From NCBI GenBank assembly GCA_019057865.1, contig JAHLWP010000028.1, positions 1-55,770 on the forward strand: a DNA stretch of 55,770 bases, written 5' to 3'. Below, piece after piece: positions 29,168 through 40,080 of this stretch; positions within the stretch are counted from its first letter, which is position 1; every line of letters starts with the position of its first letter. The notes under the pieces were generated by a model. The model ran no database searches and was not told the DNA's origin. It worked only from the letters and a program-made list of their open reading frames with translations. This DNA is from Promethearchaeota archaeon (GTDB taxonomy: Archaea > Asgardarchaeota > Lokiarchaeia > Sigyniarchaeales > SOKP01). The position numbers were made by a program, and so were the translations under genes.

Positions 29168-29290
29168 TAATAAGCATAAGATAAACTTTTATAAAGGTTT
29201 ATTAAATATTAAGATCTTAATTACGTTTTATTTTACAAAGAGTTTAAGTGAATTATAGAAATAATTATTTAATAAATAAGTGATGGTTAG

Positions 29291-29746
29291 ATGGAAGAGG
29301 AACCGGAAAAAAAATCAACCTCGAATTGGGAGAAATATGAATCATTTGTTTCTACACTTGGTAAATGGGCTTGGATAATTATATTAATAAATGCTATCTT
29401 AACTTTTTTCTATGGTATATGGGTCTTGGCATGGGGAGGAATCTATTGGTGGTTATGGGCGGGAGGTGTAGCTTACGGGATTTGGTTAATTATATGTGCA
29501 ATTTTAATAGCAATTCTGGCATTCTTCATAGTAAAGCCAAGATTCTCAGATAAGTGGGCCTCTAAAGATTGGGATTTTCTACTCAATGATGTATTAGTTA
29601 TTGGAAATGTAAGAATTCCATGGATGTTAATTATAGGTATAATTATTGAAATTTTAGGCCTATGGTGGTGGGGCGGATTAGCAATTTTAATCCCTATGAT
29701 CTTCTTATTAGTTGCTGGTCCAAAACCATATAATTGGAAAAAGTAA
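29291..29746 (+). CDS. Trp-rich membrane protein
   Basis: 3-4 hydrophobic helices. Confidence 0.75.
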   Translation: MEEEPEKKSTSNWEKYESFVSTLGKWAWIIILINAILTFFYGIWVLAWGGIYWWLWAGGVAYGIWLIICAILIAILAFFIVKPRFSDKWASKDWDFLLNDVLVIGNVRIPWMLIIGIIIEILGLWWWGGLAILIPMIFLLVAGPKPYNWKK

Positions 29747-29884
29747 TGGGACATCTAAAAATAAAAATTAAATTTTTTTTATTTTTATATTATTTACATA
29801 ATTATTAGAAAATCTTAGCTCTTTTATTTTATTTAAATGATCTTTCTTTTTAATTCATAATTTTATCATAATGAGTGAAAGAAT

Positions 29885-30286
29885 ATGTATAATAATCTTA
29901 AAACTTTTAAGAATAAAGTTTATACTGGTATGAAAATAGGGAATTCCCATAATTGGAACTATACTAATGGAAAATGGCATGAGACTAAAATCGCTCCTGA
30001 TAAATGGAGTTTTCAATTTGATAGTATAAAAACACGTATACAACCTGCTCCTGTTAATACAGGTGCTAATATCAATACAAAATTTCATTGGTATATTATA
30101 GCAGATCAAATTGCTACAAAAATTGATGCGAATTCATATACTACCTTAATGCAAGGAGTCAAATTTAAGGTCGGTCATAAACGTCCTTATTGGAAAACTT
30201 TCAGTTATAATTATCCAGAACAACCTTCATATAAACAACGTATTATAAGTTTTTTAGAAGAAGCTATTAGAAGACTAAAAGCATAA
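29885..30286 (+). CDS. Hypothetical protein (aromatic/basic, beta-rich)
   Basis: 133-aa ORF, GAGTGA RBS; YTGMKIG.SH.WNY..GKW.ETK, FHWYIIADQ, KVGHKRP look like conserved blocks. Confidence 0.75.
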   Translation: MYNNLKTFKNKVYTGMKIGNSHNWNYTNGKWHETKIAPDKWSFQFDSIKTRIQPAPVNTGANINTKFHWYIIADQIATKIDANSYTTLMQGVKFKVGHKRPYWKTFSYNYPEQPSYKQRIISFLEEAIRRLKA

Positions 30287-30304
30287 ATTAATTTAAAAAG
30301 AAAA

Positions 30305-30814
30305 TTAACCTCCACCAATCGGTGGAAAAATAGCTATAATATCTCCATTATTAAGAATTGTAGTCTGATTTTGATGTGGTCTTCCATTTATTAATATCTT
30401 TAAATTCTTTTCTTCTTTGGGAATATTAGCTTTTTGGATGAGTATATTGACTGTACTTCCCTCTGGTAAATCTAACATCGCTTCTGGCAGCCCATATTTC
30501 CTTAAATTAGCGTACAATTTAAACTTAACAGAGATTGTATTGTTTTTAGCTATCTCCACAAACATTAATGCCATTCTTTTCGGGAATAATCCTATCCGAT
30601 CTCCTTCTCCTATTTTTTTCCCCGGACCACAGTATTTTCCATTTACAAATATATGACTAAGCTCATTCTCTTCTATGTTAAATTTTTTAAGAATATCCAA
30701 AATCGTATCTATCCCATTACTATCAATTCTTAATGTGCTCGGTTTACCGACATCAAAACCGGGCTGTTTAGCTTTTTCTCTTAAATCTCCATATAATTTT
30801 ATTGTAACTACCAT
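30305..30814 (-). CDS. Tandem MoaD/ThiS (SAMP-like) double-domain protein
   Basis: Two repeats: IKLYGDLR...FVNG...GDRIGLFP and FKLYANLR...LINGR...GDIIAIFPPIGGG. Confidence 0.88.
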   Translation of the reverse strand: MVVTIKLYGDLREKAKQPGFDVGKPSTLRIDSNGIDTILDILKKFNIEENELSHIFVNGKYCGPGKKIGEGDRIGLFPKRMALMFVEIAKNNTISVKFKLYANLRKYGLPEAMLDLPEGSTVNILIQKANIPKEEKNLKILINGRPHQNQTTILNNGDIIAIFPPIGGG

Positions 30815-31011
30815 TTCTAAAAAAAAGTCTATTTCTCTAAGAATTCAACAAGTTGATAAGAATAAAAAATTACCTTTTATAAAATAAAAATTGGTCGAAT
30901 CTTATTATTATAAATTATTTATGTAATAGATCTCTATATAGGATTATAGATCATATTTAAATCCTTGATATTAGAAGTATAATGATTTAATATACTTTTT
31001 TAAGAGGGTAG

Positions 31012-31308
31012 ATGTTTATGGAAGATAAACCAAAAGTAGGTTATCAAATTATTGGTACTATAAAGGATATAAAGGGACACTGCAATGCGGGTCATAAGAT
31101 AGGAGATAAAATAGAACTCGATGGCCATAACGCGGGAGGGTTATGTGGTTTTTTTTATCATGATATTTTTCCTTACGTTATAATGCTACAGTTTGGAGGA
31201 TCATTTCCTGCTGAATGGGATGGCGATCCTGACGTCGTTGAGTTAGAATGCCCAGACAGAACGAATGTAGTTAAAATAGAATTGAAAAGAATAAGAGATA
31301 AGGTTTAA
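31012..31308 (+). CDS. TIGR04076-like small Cys protein
   Basis: KGHCNAGHKIGD, GLCG, ECPD. Confidence 0.8.
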   Translation: MFMEDKPKVGYQIIGTIKDIKGHCNAGHKIGDKIELDGHNAGGLCGFFYHDIFPYVIMLQFGGSFPAEWDGDPDVVELECPDRTNVVKIELKRIRDKV

Positions 31309-31470
31309 ATAAAAATTATGTTAAATTTTTTTTTCTACTAATTTTCTATCTAAAAAATAATTCTAATCTTTTGAATCTGATCTATATTTACAAATTATAA
31401 ATCTCTTAATCTCGCATTTAATATTAATGAAAATCATTTTGTATCACTATAAGTAACTGACCATTGAGTT

Positions 31471-31920
31471 TTGACAGACAATCCCCAGAAATTTCTGAAA
31501 TTAGGCATGATTGATTCTCAAAATGATGATTTAAAAGAAGATAGCTATTATCATCTTCAAATTGTTGGGATTTATTATACAAATAATGGTGAATATTTAT
31601 CTAAATTACCATCAAAAACCGAGTTTGAATTAAGACCAGAACCAAATAATGCTTATGATAGATTCGCTGTAAGTGTTTGGCACGATACTAGAAAATTAGG
31701 ATATCTTCCACGTAATAAGAATAAACCTTTTTTTAACGCAATTTTTTCTACTAAATTGATTTTAACTTGTATTTTAGGTTGCTATCTCCCCAGCTCCGGA
31801 AACTTTCATTATAAAGGAAGATTTCAACCAGAACGGGCAAATATTACAATCCATACCTATAGAAATGAAATCACATGGCGACCCGTAAACTTATTACCAG
31901 AAGACTTAATGGCATTTTAA
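31471..31920 (+). CDS. Stand-alone HIRAN domain protein
   Basis: IVGIYY, LRPEPNNAYDRFAVSV, LGYLPR. Confidence 0.85.
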   Translation: MTDNPQKFLKLGMIDSQNDDLKEDSYYHLQIVGIYYTNNGEYLSKLPSKTEFELRPEPNNAYDRFAVSVWHDTRKLGYLPRNKNKPFFNAIFSTKLILTCILGCYLPSSGNFHYKGRFQPERANITIHTYRNEITWRPVNLLPEDLMAF

Positions 31921-32317
31921 AGAACCAACTAAATTTGAAGGTTTAATTTTTTAGAAATTAAGTTGAATTAAAATGAACTAAAAGGTTTTTCCAACTTAAT
32001 TATATATCGTAATTTTATAAATAATTAATCTTAGACAATTTCTTAATAAAAATTTAAATTGAAACCAGTATAATTGATTTAGGTTCCGTTTTAATAAAAG
32101 TGTTTTTTTTTTTGTGATTATCATTTTTAAATAGACAATCTTGTCAGTGAACAATGTATATAAAATCATTCAAAATAAATGTAATTTTGTATTTTTATTA
32201 ATTTTACTTTAAAAAATTAAAAATATTTTAACAATAAAAAGATTTAAAAAGATCACTCCTATTTATCTTTAACTATCCAGAGTGTAGGCGGAGTTAAATT
32301 CTATCTTCAGAAATGTT

Positions 32318-32536
32318 GTGAGCGAAATTAACAAAGAATTTAAGTGTCCTCGGTGTGGATCATCAAGTTTAATAAATTATGGTAAGACTTTTGAATGTAC
32401 TAATTGCCATCTGGAATTTTATAAAGAACTCGATGAGGATATTGAAGATGAGAACAGAATATCTCTCCAAGAGATGAAAGGTTTTATCGACTCCTTTTTA
32501 CCAAGTGATAAGAAGAATAAAAATAAGCGGACATAG
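32318..32536 (+). CDS. Small zinc-ribbon protein
   Basis: CPRCGS...FECTNC. Confidence 0.7.
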   Translation: MSEINKEFKCPRCGSSSLINYGKTFECTNCHLEFYKELDEDIEDENRISLQEMKGFIDSFLPSDKKNKNKRT

Positions 32537-32597
32537 GTAGAATTTTTCAAATTATAGAATACTTATGTTATAAGTAAAAAAAGCTTTTTAAAATAAT

Positions 32598-33269
32598 TTA
32601 ATGTTCCCTTACAATTTCTATACCTTTCTTTTTAAGATTCTTTAACACAAAGGGGTATCTAATCAGAGTTTCATATTCTAAATCAGGAATTCCTAAATTT
32701 TGTATTTGATCATCTGTAAATAAATCAATAAGGATTGCTGCTCTATGTTTTATTTCATATTTCTTAAGCAATTCTAAGGCATTTAACTGATTTTTAAAAA
32801 ACTTTCCCTCGGCTCCTGTGATAGTTTCAAAGGTTTTTTCATCAATTCCCTTTAAAGAAACTCTTACATAAATATTCTTGAATTTATTTAAATCTTTTAT
32901 ATAGTTTTCATCTAGCAATATACCATTTGTCTCAAGAATATACAAAGTATTTTTTGGAATCAAATTTATTAAATCAAACAGAGATCTCTTACATATTGTA
33001 GGCTCTCCACCGCTTATTCGTGTTAATGATAAATCCATTTTTACTAGTTTTTCACTAATTTCTTTTGGTGAATAGTATTTGCCAAATTTCTCTGGATTCC
33101 AAATCTTTTTCTGAGCCCAATAATAAACACATCTTAGGTTACAACCTAAACAATCAGCAGTAGCACACCCTCCATAGAATTGTGTCTTTCTAAATCTATA
33201 GAATTTTCTCGAATTATTCCTACATACTTCACTCTGAATAGTTTTTGTTAGTTTAATTGGATCAATCAT
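32598..33269 (-). CDS. Radical SAM protein with altered cluster motif
   Basis: FYGGCATADCLGCNLRCVYYW, RISGGEP, LETNG, VRVSLKG; the third Cys of CxxxCxxC is Tyr. Confidence 0.85.
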   Translation of the reverse strand: MIDPIKLTKTIQSEVCRNNSRKFYRFRKTQFYGGCATADCLGCNLRCVYYWAQKKIWNPEKFGKYYSPKEISEKLVKMDLSLTRISGGEPTICKRSLFDLINLIPKNTLYILETNGILLDENYIKDLNKFKNIYVRVSLKGIDEKTFETITGAEGKFFKNQLNALELLKKYEIKHRAAILIDLFTDDQIQNLGIPDLEYETLIRYPFVLKNLKKKGIEIVREH

Positions 33270-33425
33270 AATTGTATGTATTATATTTTTACATAATTGG
33301 AAAACAATAAAAATTGAAAATATTTACGTTATAATAGTAGAGAAATGTTAAATTTTTAAAACCTTTTTATTCTTTCCACATTTTAATAACATTAATTAAA
33401 TAATGATGCTTAGGTCTAATTTCTT

Positions 33426-33710
33426 ATGGTGCTAGAAGAATTAATAAATTTTATAAAAAAAAGGGGAATTAACGACACTTTTCAAATTCTCTCTCAATTC
33501 GAAAATAATAAAACTGAAAAACACGTTTTTTATGATAAATTAAATCGATTTAGCTATTATAATTCGTTTCTCCGTGTAAAAGATAAACTAATAGAAAAAA
33601 AATTAATTAGCATTGAAAAAAACAACGACAAGACATATATAGGACTGACAGAAAAAGGTAAAAAAGTTCTAGATAAACTCACAGAACTTAACAAATTAAT
33701 AAAAACTTAA
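33426..33710 (+). CDS. Small winged-helix protein
   Basis: KLIEKKLI...YIGLTEKGKKV wing motif. Confidence 0.7.
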   Translation: MVLEELINFIKKRGINDTFQILSQFENNKTEKHVFYDKLNRFSYYNSFLRVKDKLIEKKLISIEKNNDKTYIGLTEKGKKVLDKLTELNKLIKT

Positions 33711-33803
33711 TCTTTTTTTATTTTTAGTTTTGTATAAAGAATAACAAAAAATAAGAGGAGACACTTTCAAAAATAAAGAGATTAGGAATTATTTTTCTTT
33801 TTT

Positions 33804-34313
33804 TTAAAATTTTTCATAATGCACTATTTCTTCAATTGGTTTACGGTCTCTAACTTCACCTTTAGGTTTAACTGGGTATCCTAATGGTGTTATACCTAAA
33901 ACTTTATATTTTTTTGGGATTTTTAGAATTTGTTTTATTTCTTTCTCATTAAAATATCCAATCCAACAAGTTGCTAATCCTTCAGCGGTTGCTGCTAAGA
34001 TTAAATGCTCAAAACAAATTCCGAAATCCACAGGGTAATACTTAATGCCCCTTTCTCCAGAAAATTCTTCAGAAATTGCTCCTACAATAAACAAAGGTGC
34101 TTCGATAAATTTTTCTGATTGATTTATTGCTCTCCATATAGCTTTTACGTTTTCCGGTTTTTGAACAACAATATAATGTACCCCTTGTAGGTTTGCCCAT
34201 GTCGGTGCTAATCGAGCAGCTTCTAAAATCCTATCGATTTTTACTTTCTCAGGCATATCTGGTTTGTAAAAACGATAACTTCTTCTCTTCCTAACAACAT
34301 CATAAAAATCCAA
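33804..34313 (-). CDS. Nitroreductase family protein
   Basis: RRSYR, ARLAPTWANLQ, LAATAEGLATCWIG, LGYP. Confidence 0.92.
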   Translation of the reverse strand: MDFYDVVRKRRSYRFYKPDMPEKVKIDRILEAARLAPTWANLQGVHYIVVQKPENVKAIWRAINQSEKFIEAPLFIVGAISEEFSGERGIKYYPVDFGICFEHLILAATAEGLATCWIGYFNEKEIKQILKIPKKYKVLGITPLGYPVKPKGEVRDRKPIEEIVHYEKF

Positions 34314-34499
34314 TATATAATCACTTTATCATTTTAAACATTTTTACCTAATTGAATAGTTTTTAGCTTAATTATTTTTTCAAATTAGTTTCATATGATA
34401 CATATGATACTCACCAATAAAATAGCCAATATATATATAAGAAAAATGAATTTTGATAGTAGATTTATAAATAATCTATGATAATCTATAAAACAACAA

Positions 34500-36006
34500 A
34501 TGAGATCCATCTCAAAAAAAATATCTATTATAATAATATTAGCAATTATTTCTTCAGTTATAATTGTTAGTAGCTTCATTTTTTTTAAAGAACAAGATGG
34601 TAATGGTGAACCTTTAAATATCAGAGCATCAGTTTACAAAGAGGACGGTCTTGGTGGATGGACCCCAATTGTTAATTCAAGTGAAAAAATAGATGGTAAT
34701 ATCAATTTTAGTGTGAAAAACTCTCAAAAAGTAATAAAATCATTGAATTATTAGAATTTTATTTAGTAAATTCTCTTCCAGATCTACTAAATCCAAATCC
34801 CGAGGATTGGAGTAAAATTTACACCTTCAATGAAGACATGGTCAATTATTCTGCAATAATAGACAGTCGAACTATTCCAGATGACGATTGGTATTTTATA
34901 GTAAGAGCAGTTGATAAAACTGGATCTATTGTTTACGACGCTTATAATATATCTAACCAATTAATACCATTTTTAATTGATCGTTTTGAAAATTCAGTTA
35001 GTTTTAATTATATTGATATAGGAGGAAGAATAAACCAAAATTCATATATAGCAATTATTCCATCAATACACTTTGAGCAATATATTGATAAATTAGATAT
35101 TTTCATAAATTTCCAAGAAGCAATAGATCTTTTAACTGAGCCACCAATTAATTATTCTGAAATTATTTCTAATTATTATTTAATAGATTTAACAATATTA
35201 TCTGCCTGGATTGATAATAAATCTTTAGCTCCTGATGAATATAATATATCATTCATCATTAAATTACATCTTGACTATGGTGAACAATATTCTAAATATT
35301 TCCAAAATTATATCTTAGAACAGATAGTTTTAGATATTGAGGAACCAGATATTATTTTACTCTCTGAAGATATATTTGAAAAGACATATAATGACCTTGG
35401 AGATCATATTTTAAATGCTACCCTTAGTTTTACTGATAATCATTTTGATTATGTTAAGCTGGAATATTCATATGATACTCACGAACCAGGAAAGGAGATT
35501 TGGTACGATTACAGTAATTATATTGGTAATTCACGCTTAATTTGAGTTTTAACATAATTAACTGGAAAGACGATAAAATTTTTATGCATTTTACTGGATA
35601 TGATAATTTGGGCAACTATTATACTTTAAGCAATGATAGTTATTGGATAAGAAAAGACATGAATAATCACCTAGATTTCATAATAGAAGATTTAAGTGAA
35701 GATTTTAATTATACTGTTGATGGTTATGGTATGATCGATATTAATATTACTGTATATCCATATGATAATGATGTTACTAGAGTTTCTGTGCACACAGATT
35801 ATGAAGTTTTTATATTATCGGATGAAATTATTATAGATGACTATATTTACTTTACTGACCATGGGTCTTCAGATGATGATATAAAATTAGTTTCAGCGTT
35901 TTATAGCATAATGCCCGGTATTAATTACATTCCTATTTACATAGACATTTATCAAAATGCTCTTCTTATAGCTTCAAAAGAAATGACAATTAAGGTTTTA
36001 GGTTAG
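34500..36006 (+). pseudogene. Membrane-anchored extracellular protein broken by two frameshifts
   Basis: N-terminal signal anchor; the frame of 34838..35545 is open back to ~34730 (KIIELLEFYLVNSLP...) and the frame of 35542..36006 overlaps its end; uniform D/N/Y/I-rich composition; Ig-like VRAVDKTG and FTGYDNLGN motifs. Confidence 0.7.
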
Positions 36007-36087
36007 CTTTAGGCAACTTCCTTATCTTCGGAAGATAGACTTTAATATATTTTTTTATCCCCTATAATTAATGTTCTTTAAATTTCA

Positions 36088-36321
36088 TTAAGTTATATTT
36101 CGAAATCTGCTGAAATAGTTGTAATATCCTCTTCTCCTTTTAAATGGCCTTTCAGGGAGATTAAAATAACAATCAGGACAATAAATCAAAATCATAGGGT
36201 CTTTCCAAAATTCTATTGCCTTTTTTTGTGATAATGAGGGATTAATTCGGCAAAATTCCTCAAATGTTAGTGATTGATTACAATCAGCACAATTTTTAAT
36301 TTTTTTTTTATATAAAGTCAT
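36088..36321 (-). CDS. Small zinc-finger protein
   Basis: CADC...YCPDCY. Confidence 0.7.
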   Translation of the reverse strand: MTLYKKKIKNCADCNQSLTFEEFCRINPSLSQKKAIEFWKDPMILIYCPDCYFNLPERPFKRRRGYYNYFSRFRNIT

Positions 36322-36450
36322 TTATAAAGATTACTAATTCCTTATTTAAAGAATATAGACTAAGCAAATTTTAAGAATTATCCAATTTTATCCTTACTCA
36401 AATATCTTCAGATGATAATGTTCAAGAAGATATAGAAGAGGTAATCTAAG

Positions 36451-36921
36451 ATGAAACGCTTAAATCCAAAATGGGTAGATTTTGTTCAATCTTTTATTAA
36501 TAATAGTCCCTACTTTAAAAGTCAGAATATGAAGATAATCGATTTGAAGTATGGTGAATCATTAATAGAAGTAGATATCAAGCATAAACATCATCAGAGT
36601 TATGGCTATGTCCACGGTGGTGTTTATGCAGCATTGATAGATGGTACGGGCTTTTTTGCAGTATATACACAAGTAGAGAATAATAATAGTGCAGCAACTA
36701 TTGAAATGAAAGTGAATTATTTATCAAGCGTCAGAAATGGTAAATTACTTGCTCATGGGCGTTGTATAAAACTTGGTAAAAGTATAGGGTTGGCAGAAGC
36801 CACGATAAAAAATGAAGAAGGCAAACTCCTGGCACATGGTTCTGTGACCGTGATGGTTAAGCCCCCAATTTTATTTCCCGGAATAGAAAGTCTACCGTCT
36901 AAATTCTCAATAGAATTTTAA
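36451..36921 (+). CDS. PaaI-family hotdog thioesterase
   Basis: GYVHGGVYAALID, TIEMKVNYL. Confidence 0.92.
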   Translation: MKRLNPKWVDFVQSFINNSPYFKSQNMKIIDLKYGESLIEVDIKHKHHQSYGYVHGGVYAALIDGTGFFAVYTQVENNNSAATIEMKVNYLSSVRNGKLLAHGRCIKLGKSIGLAEATIKNEEGKLLAHGSVTVMVKPPILFPGIESLPSKFSIEF

Positions 36922-36943
36922 ATAATATTTTATATTAAATTAT

Positions 36944-37276
36944 ATGGAAAATGAAATTAAAGATAATATAATTGAAGCTTTTCATATGAAAGAGTTTTTA
37001 ATAACATTAGATTCTAACCCAACAACAGGATATTCTTGGGTTCCTTTATTTGATAAGAGCTTTCTAGAGTTAAGAGAGCGATCTTTCAAAAGGAATGACA
37101 AAAAATTTGGAAGCTCGTCTAAGGAGGTATTTAAATTTTACCCGATAAAAAGTGGTAATACAACTCTTACAATGATCTATAAAAGAGCATGGGAAGAAAA
37201 CGGAATACAAAAAGTTAATTTCGAAATAAATATAGATTATATATATAATTTCAAATTCAAAAAAAATCAAAAATGA
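36944..37276 (+). CDS. Chagasin / I42 cysteine-protease inhibitor domain
   Basis: LDSNPTTGYSW and YKRAWE motifs. Confidence 0.85.
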   Translation: MENEIKDNIIEAFHMKEFLITLDSNPTTGYSWVPLFDKSFLELRERSFKRNDKKFGSSSKEVFKFYPIKSGNTTLTMIYKRAWEENGIQKVNFEINIDYIYNFKFKKNQK

Positions 37277-37282
37277 AAAAAC

Positions 37283-38227
37283 ATGATATTTAATGCGCAT
37301 TCTCACTTAATGCATAAAGATATGATCTCAGAATTTTACGCGGATGCTCAGTTAAGCGAATTTTCTAAAGGTATGAACATCCCCAAAGAAATTTTACTTC
37401 AGAATCTGAATTTATTGGTAATGGCAAATGCAGAAATTTATGTTAAAGCCATGGATGATGCGGACATTGACAAAGGATTAGTTGTGGGAATTGATTTTGG
37501 GTTGTCTGTTGCCGGTGAAGCTAAGTGGTCAGTAGAAGAGATGAATCAATGGGTGGCTAATCAAGTTGCTGAATATCCTGATAAGTTATATGCCCTATGT
37601 GGAATAGACCCAAGAAGAGGTGATCGAGCAATCAAGCTACTTGAGAAAGCGGTAGAAGAATGGGGAATGAAGGGAGTTAAATTTTATCCCGTCTGTGGTT
37701 TTTATCCAGATGATCCTAAATTTGACCCTTTTTACAAGAGGTGTGTAGAGCTGGAGGTTCCAATTTTTTCTCATACTGCAATAATTACCACACCCCTCAT
37801 GGAATCGAAATATGCTGATCCAATATATCTTGATAGCGTTGCTGCAAAATTTCCAGATCTGAAAATTGTTTTGATTCATTTTGGTAGTAGTTACTGGACT
37901 TTAAAATGTGTAGAAATAATGAGCCAACGACCAAATGTCTATGCGGATATATCAGGACATCAAAATAAAACATTCTACGGAACGGAGCAGTTTTTAAGAC
38001 TTTTGGAAAACTTATTCGGACAAAATAGCTTTGGATTTTTTCCCATAAAGCATAAACTTATGTTCGGAACTGATTGGCCTCTATTTGAAACTGTCTTCAA
38101 AGATAAAGATTGGGTTGAGTGGGTTAAAAATATTCCAGAAAAAGCGAAAGAATATGATTTAAAGATTAAACGAAGTGATATTAGAAATCTCCTTGGAAAT
38201 AATGCCATGAAACTTCTAAAATTATAA
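37283..38227 (+). CDS. Amidohydrolase-2 family protein
   Basis: AHSH, GVKFYP, IVLIHFG, VYADIS, LMFGTDWP. Confidence 0.92.
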   Translation: MIFNAHSHLMHKDMISEFYADAQLSEFSKGMNIPKEILLQNLNLLVMANAEIYVKAMDDADIDKGLVVGIDFGLSVAGEAKWSVEEMNQWVANQVAEYPDKLYALCGIDPRRGDRAIKLLEKAVEEWGMKGVKFYPVCGFYPDDPKFDPFYKRCVELEVPIFSHTAIITTPLMESKYADPIYLDSVAAKFPDLKIVLIHFGSSYWTLKCVEIMSQRPNVYADISGHQNKTFYGTEQFLRLLENLFGQNSFGFFPIKHKLMFGTDWPLFETVFKDKDWVEWVKNIPEKAKEYDLKIKRSDIRNLLGNNAMKLLKL

Positions 38228-38255
38228 AACTCTTTTTTTCTTACTTTCCACAGAA

Positions 38256-38282
38256 AGGAGAAGAATAGTTTTTATTTCTCCT
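38256..38282. terminator. Hairpin between convergent genes
   Basis: AGGAGAA-N13-TTCTCCT followed by a pyrimidine tract. Confidence 0.35.
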
Positions 38283-38319
38283 CTTTTATACCCCTTTCCC
38301 CTCTTTTTCATAGCTATGA

Positions 38320-39729
38320 CTATAAATATCTTTTTGACTTTAAGAAATCAGGTATCTCTTTAAGGGGATTATCGAAAAAACTAACTCTTTCTAAATTTCT
38401 TAATTTTTTCATAGATTCTGGAAGAGATTCAATTTCATTACACATCAAGTTTAACACTTTCAAAGAAGTTAAATTTCCAATGCATTCAGGAATGAATTTA
38501 ATATCATGAGTGCTTAAATGAAGTTCTTCAAGATAATTAAGTGAACATAATTGTAGGGGAAATATTCCTAAATAAGGTTCTCGAAAATAGAAATAAATAT
38601 GTGTAATATAACCAAGTTCATTTATTTTATAATGATACATAAAATGTAATGGATCGAATTTTTCTGAGTGATATATATCTTCATTTTTTTCTAGCTTTTG
38701 TAATCTTATACCACTTAGAAGTTCTAATAATCCTAAAATAGGAGCCTCATCTTCATTAACACCTTTGATAATATATTTTTTTGCCTGTTTTCTCTTAGCC
38801 AGTTCAAATAAAGATTGAGGGATAAGTTTTATATTATTATTTAACAAAGCAAGATGTCTAAGTCGATTAAGAGAGCCGATCCAGGGAGGTAAAGAATTAA
38901 GATTATTTTCTTCTGACCTTAATATTCTTAAATCTTTGAGAAAAAAGATTGAATTAGGAATTTTTTTAAAATTATTGTGATATAGACTTAAATATTTTAA
39001 ATTTTCTAAATTACGGATTGTTCTAGGTAAGCTTTTTAAAGAATTAAAATTTAAACTTAAAAATCTTAGATTTTTGAGTGAACTAATGGATTCAGGAATA
39101 TAATTCAATTTTAAATTAATTAGGCTTAAAGCAATGGCATGACCCTTTTTCACGGCTAAAATCTTTGGCTTGTAATGGCCACCATAAAAAGGATAAGGCC
39201 AAAACTCTTCAAATTTATATTTATAAACATAATTTGTATTAATATCCATATTTTCTCCCAGATTTGCCAAATAAACAAACAAATCTATAAAAAATTGCGC
39301 CTCTTTTGGAACTACATTAAATATTCTTGAAAATCTTTGTAAAAGTTCTTGCTTCAAAAGAAGAGAATTCTCATCAAGATTATTCTCAATTATCTCTATT
39401 ATCGTCCTTAATATTAAATTCGACTTATCGTGTTGAATTACCCACTTCAATGAGTCAAAGCCTTCATTTAGGAAGTCTTGGATAATAACTTTTACAGCAG
39501 CAGCCCTAATTAATGATGCTTGGTCTGAGATTAAAAGATTTTCAAGTAATTTGAAGATCTCAACACTTAACGGTTTAAATTTTCCCAACAGCTCTATACA
39601 CTTAGATCTAAAAATAACACCTTTGCCAAACTCAATTAAAGAAAGTAATTCTTCAAGAGCGGAATCTTTATCAATCTTACCACTCTCATATTGTTTATAA
39701 ATTTCTTCTGGATCGATCTTTCCGTTCAC
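38320..39729 (-). CDS. HEAT-like N-terminus + leucine-rich repeat protein
   Basis: LENLLISD...IRAAAVKVI, followed by repeated LxxLxLxxNxLxxLPxxIxxL units. Confidence 0.9.
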   Translation of the reverse strand: MNGKIDPEEIYKQYESGKIDKDSALEELLSLIEFGKGVIFRSKCIELLGKFKPLSVEIFKLLENLLISDQASLIRAAAVKVIIQDFLNEGFDSLKWVIQHDKSNLILRTIIEIIENNLDENSLLLKQELLQRFSRIFNVVPKEAQFFIDLFVYLANLGENMDINTNYVYKYKFEEFWPYPFYGGHYKPKILAVKKGHAIALSLINLKLNYIPESISSLKNLRFLSLNFNSLKSLPRTIRNLENLKYLSLYHNNFKKIPNSIFFLKDLRILRSEENNLNSLPPWIGSLNRLRHLALLNNNIKLIPQSLFELAKRKQAKKYIIKGVNEDEAPILGLLELLSGIRLQKLEKNEDIYHSEKFDPLHFMYHYKINELGYITHIYFYFREPYLGIFPLQLCSLNYLEELHLSTHDIKFIPECIGNLTSLKVLNLMCNEIESLPESMKKLRNLERVSFFDNPLKEIPDFLKSKRYL

Positions 39730-39929
39730 ATTAATTAAATAGATTCTTTCCTATTTAAGTTTACCCTAATTAATTATTTTTAATTTTTATAAACCATTTT
39801 TCAAGCTAAAATGTCATTGGGGTAAAAATACTCATATCAAAATCATATTATATTTTATACATTTTTAAAGAAAAATTCTCTTGTTTCCTCTTAAACACCA
39901 TATTCCCCTCTTTTTCCCCTTATTTTATA

Positions 39930-39975
39930 AAAACGCAACCTTTATATATGTAAATTAATATAAGTTAATATAAGT
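39930..39975 (+). promoter_or_regulatory. Promoter candidate for grpE-dnaK-dnaJ
   Basis: TTTATATA box at 39941 with an A-rich BRE-like stretch upstream, followed by tandem TTAATATAAG x2 (39955-39974). Confidence 0.4.
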
Positions 39976-40080
39976 AAGTCAAGAGATTATTGTCAATCTT
40001 ACATTACATTTGAAAATATGGGGTTTAACGATTTAAAATTAAAAGAAAGGTATAGTATCAAATAAAAAAGAAAGGGAGAT

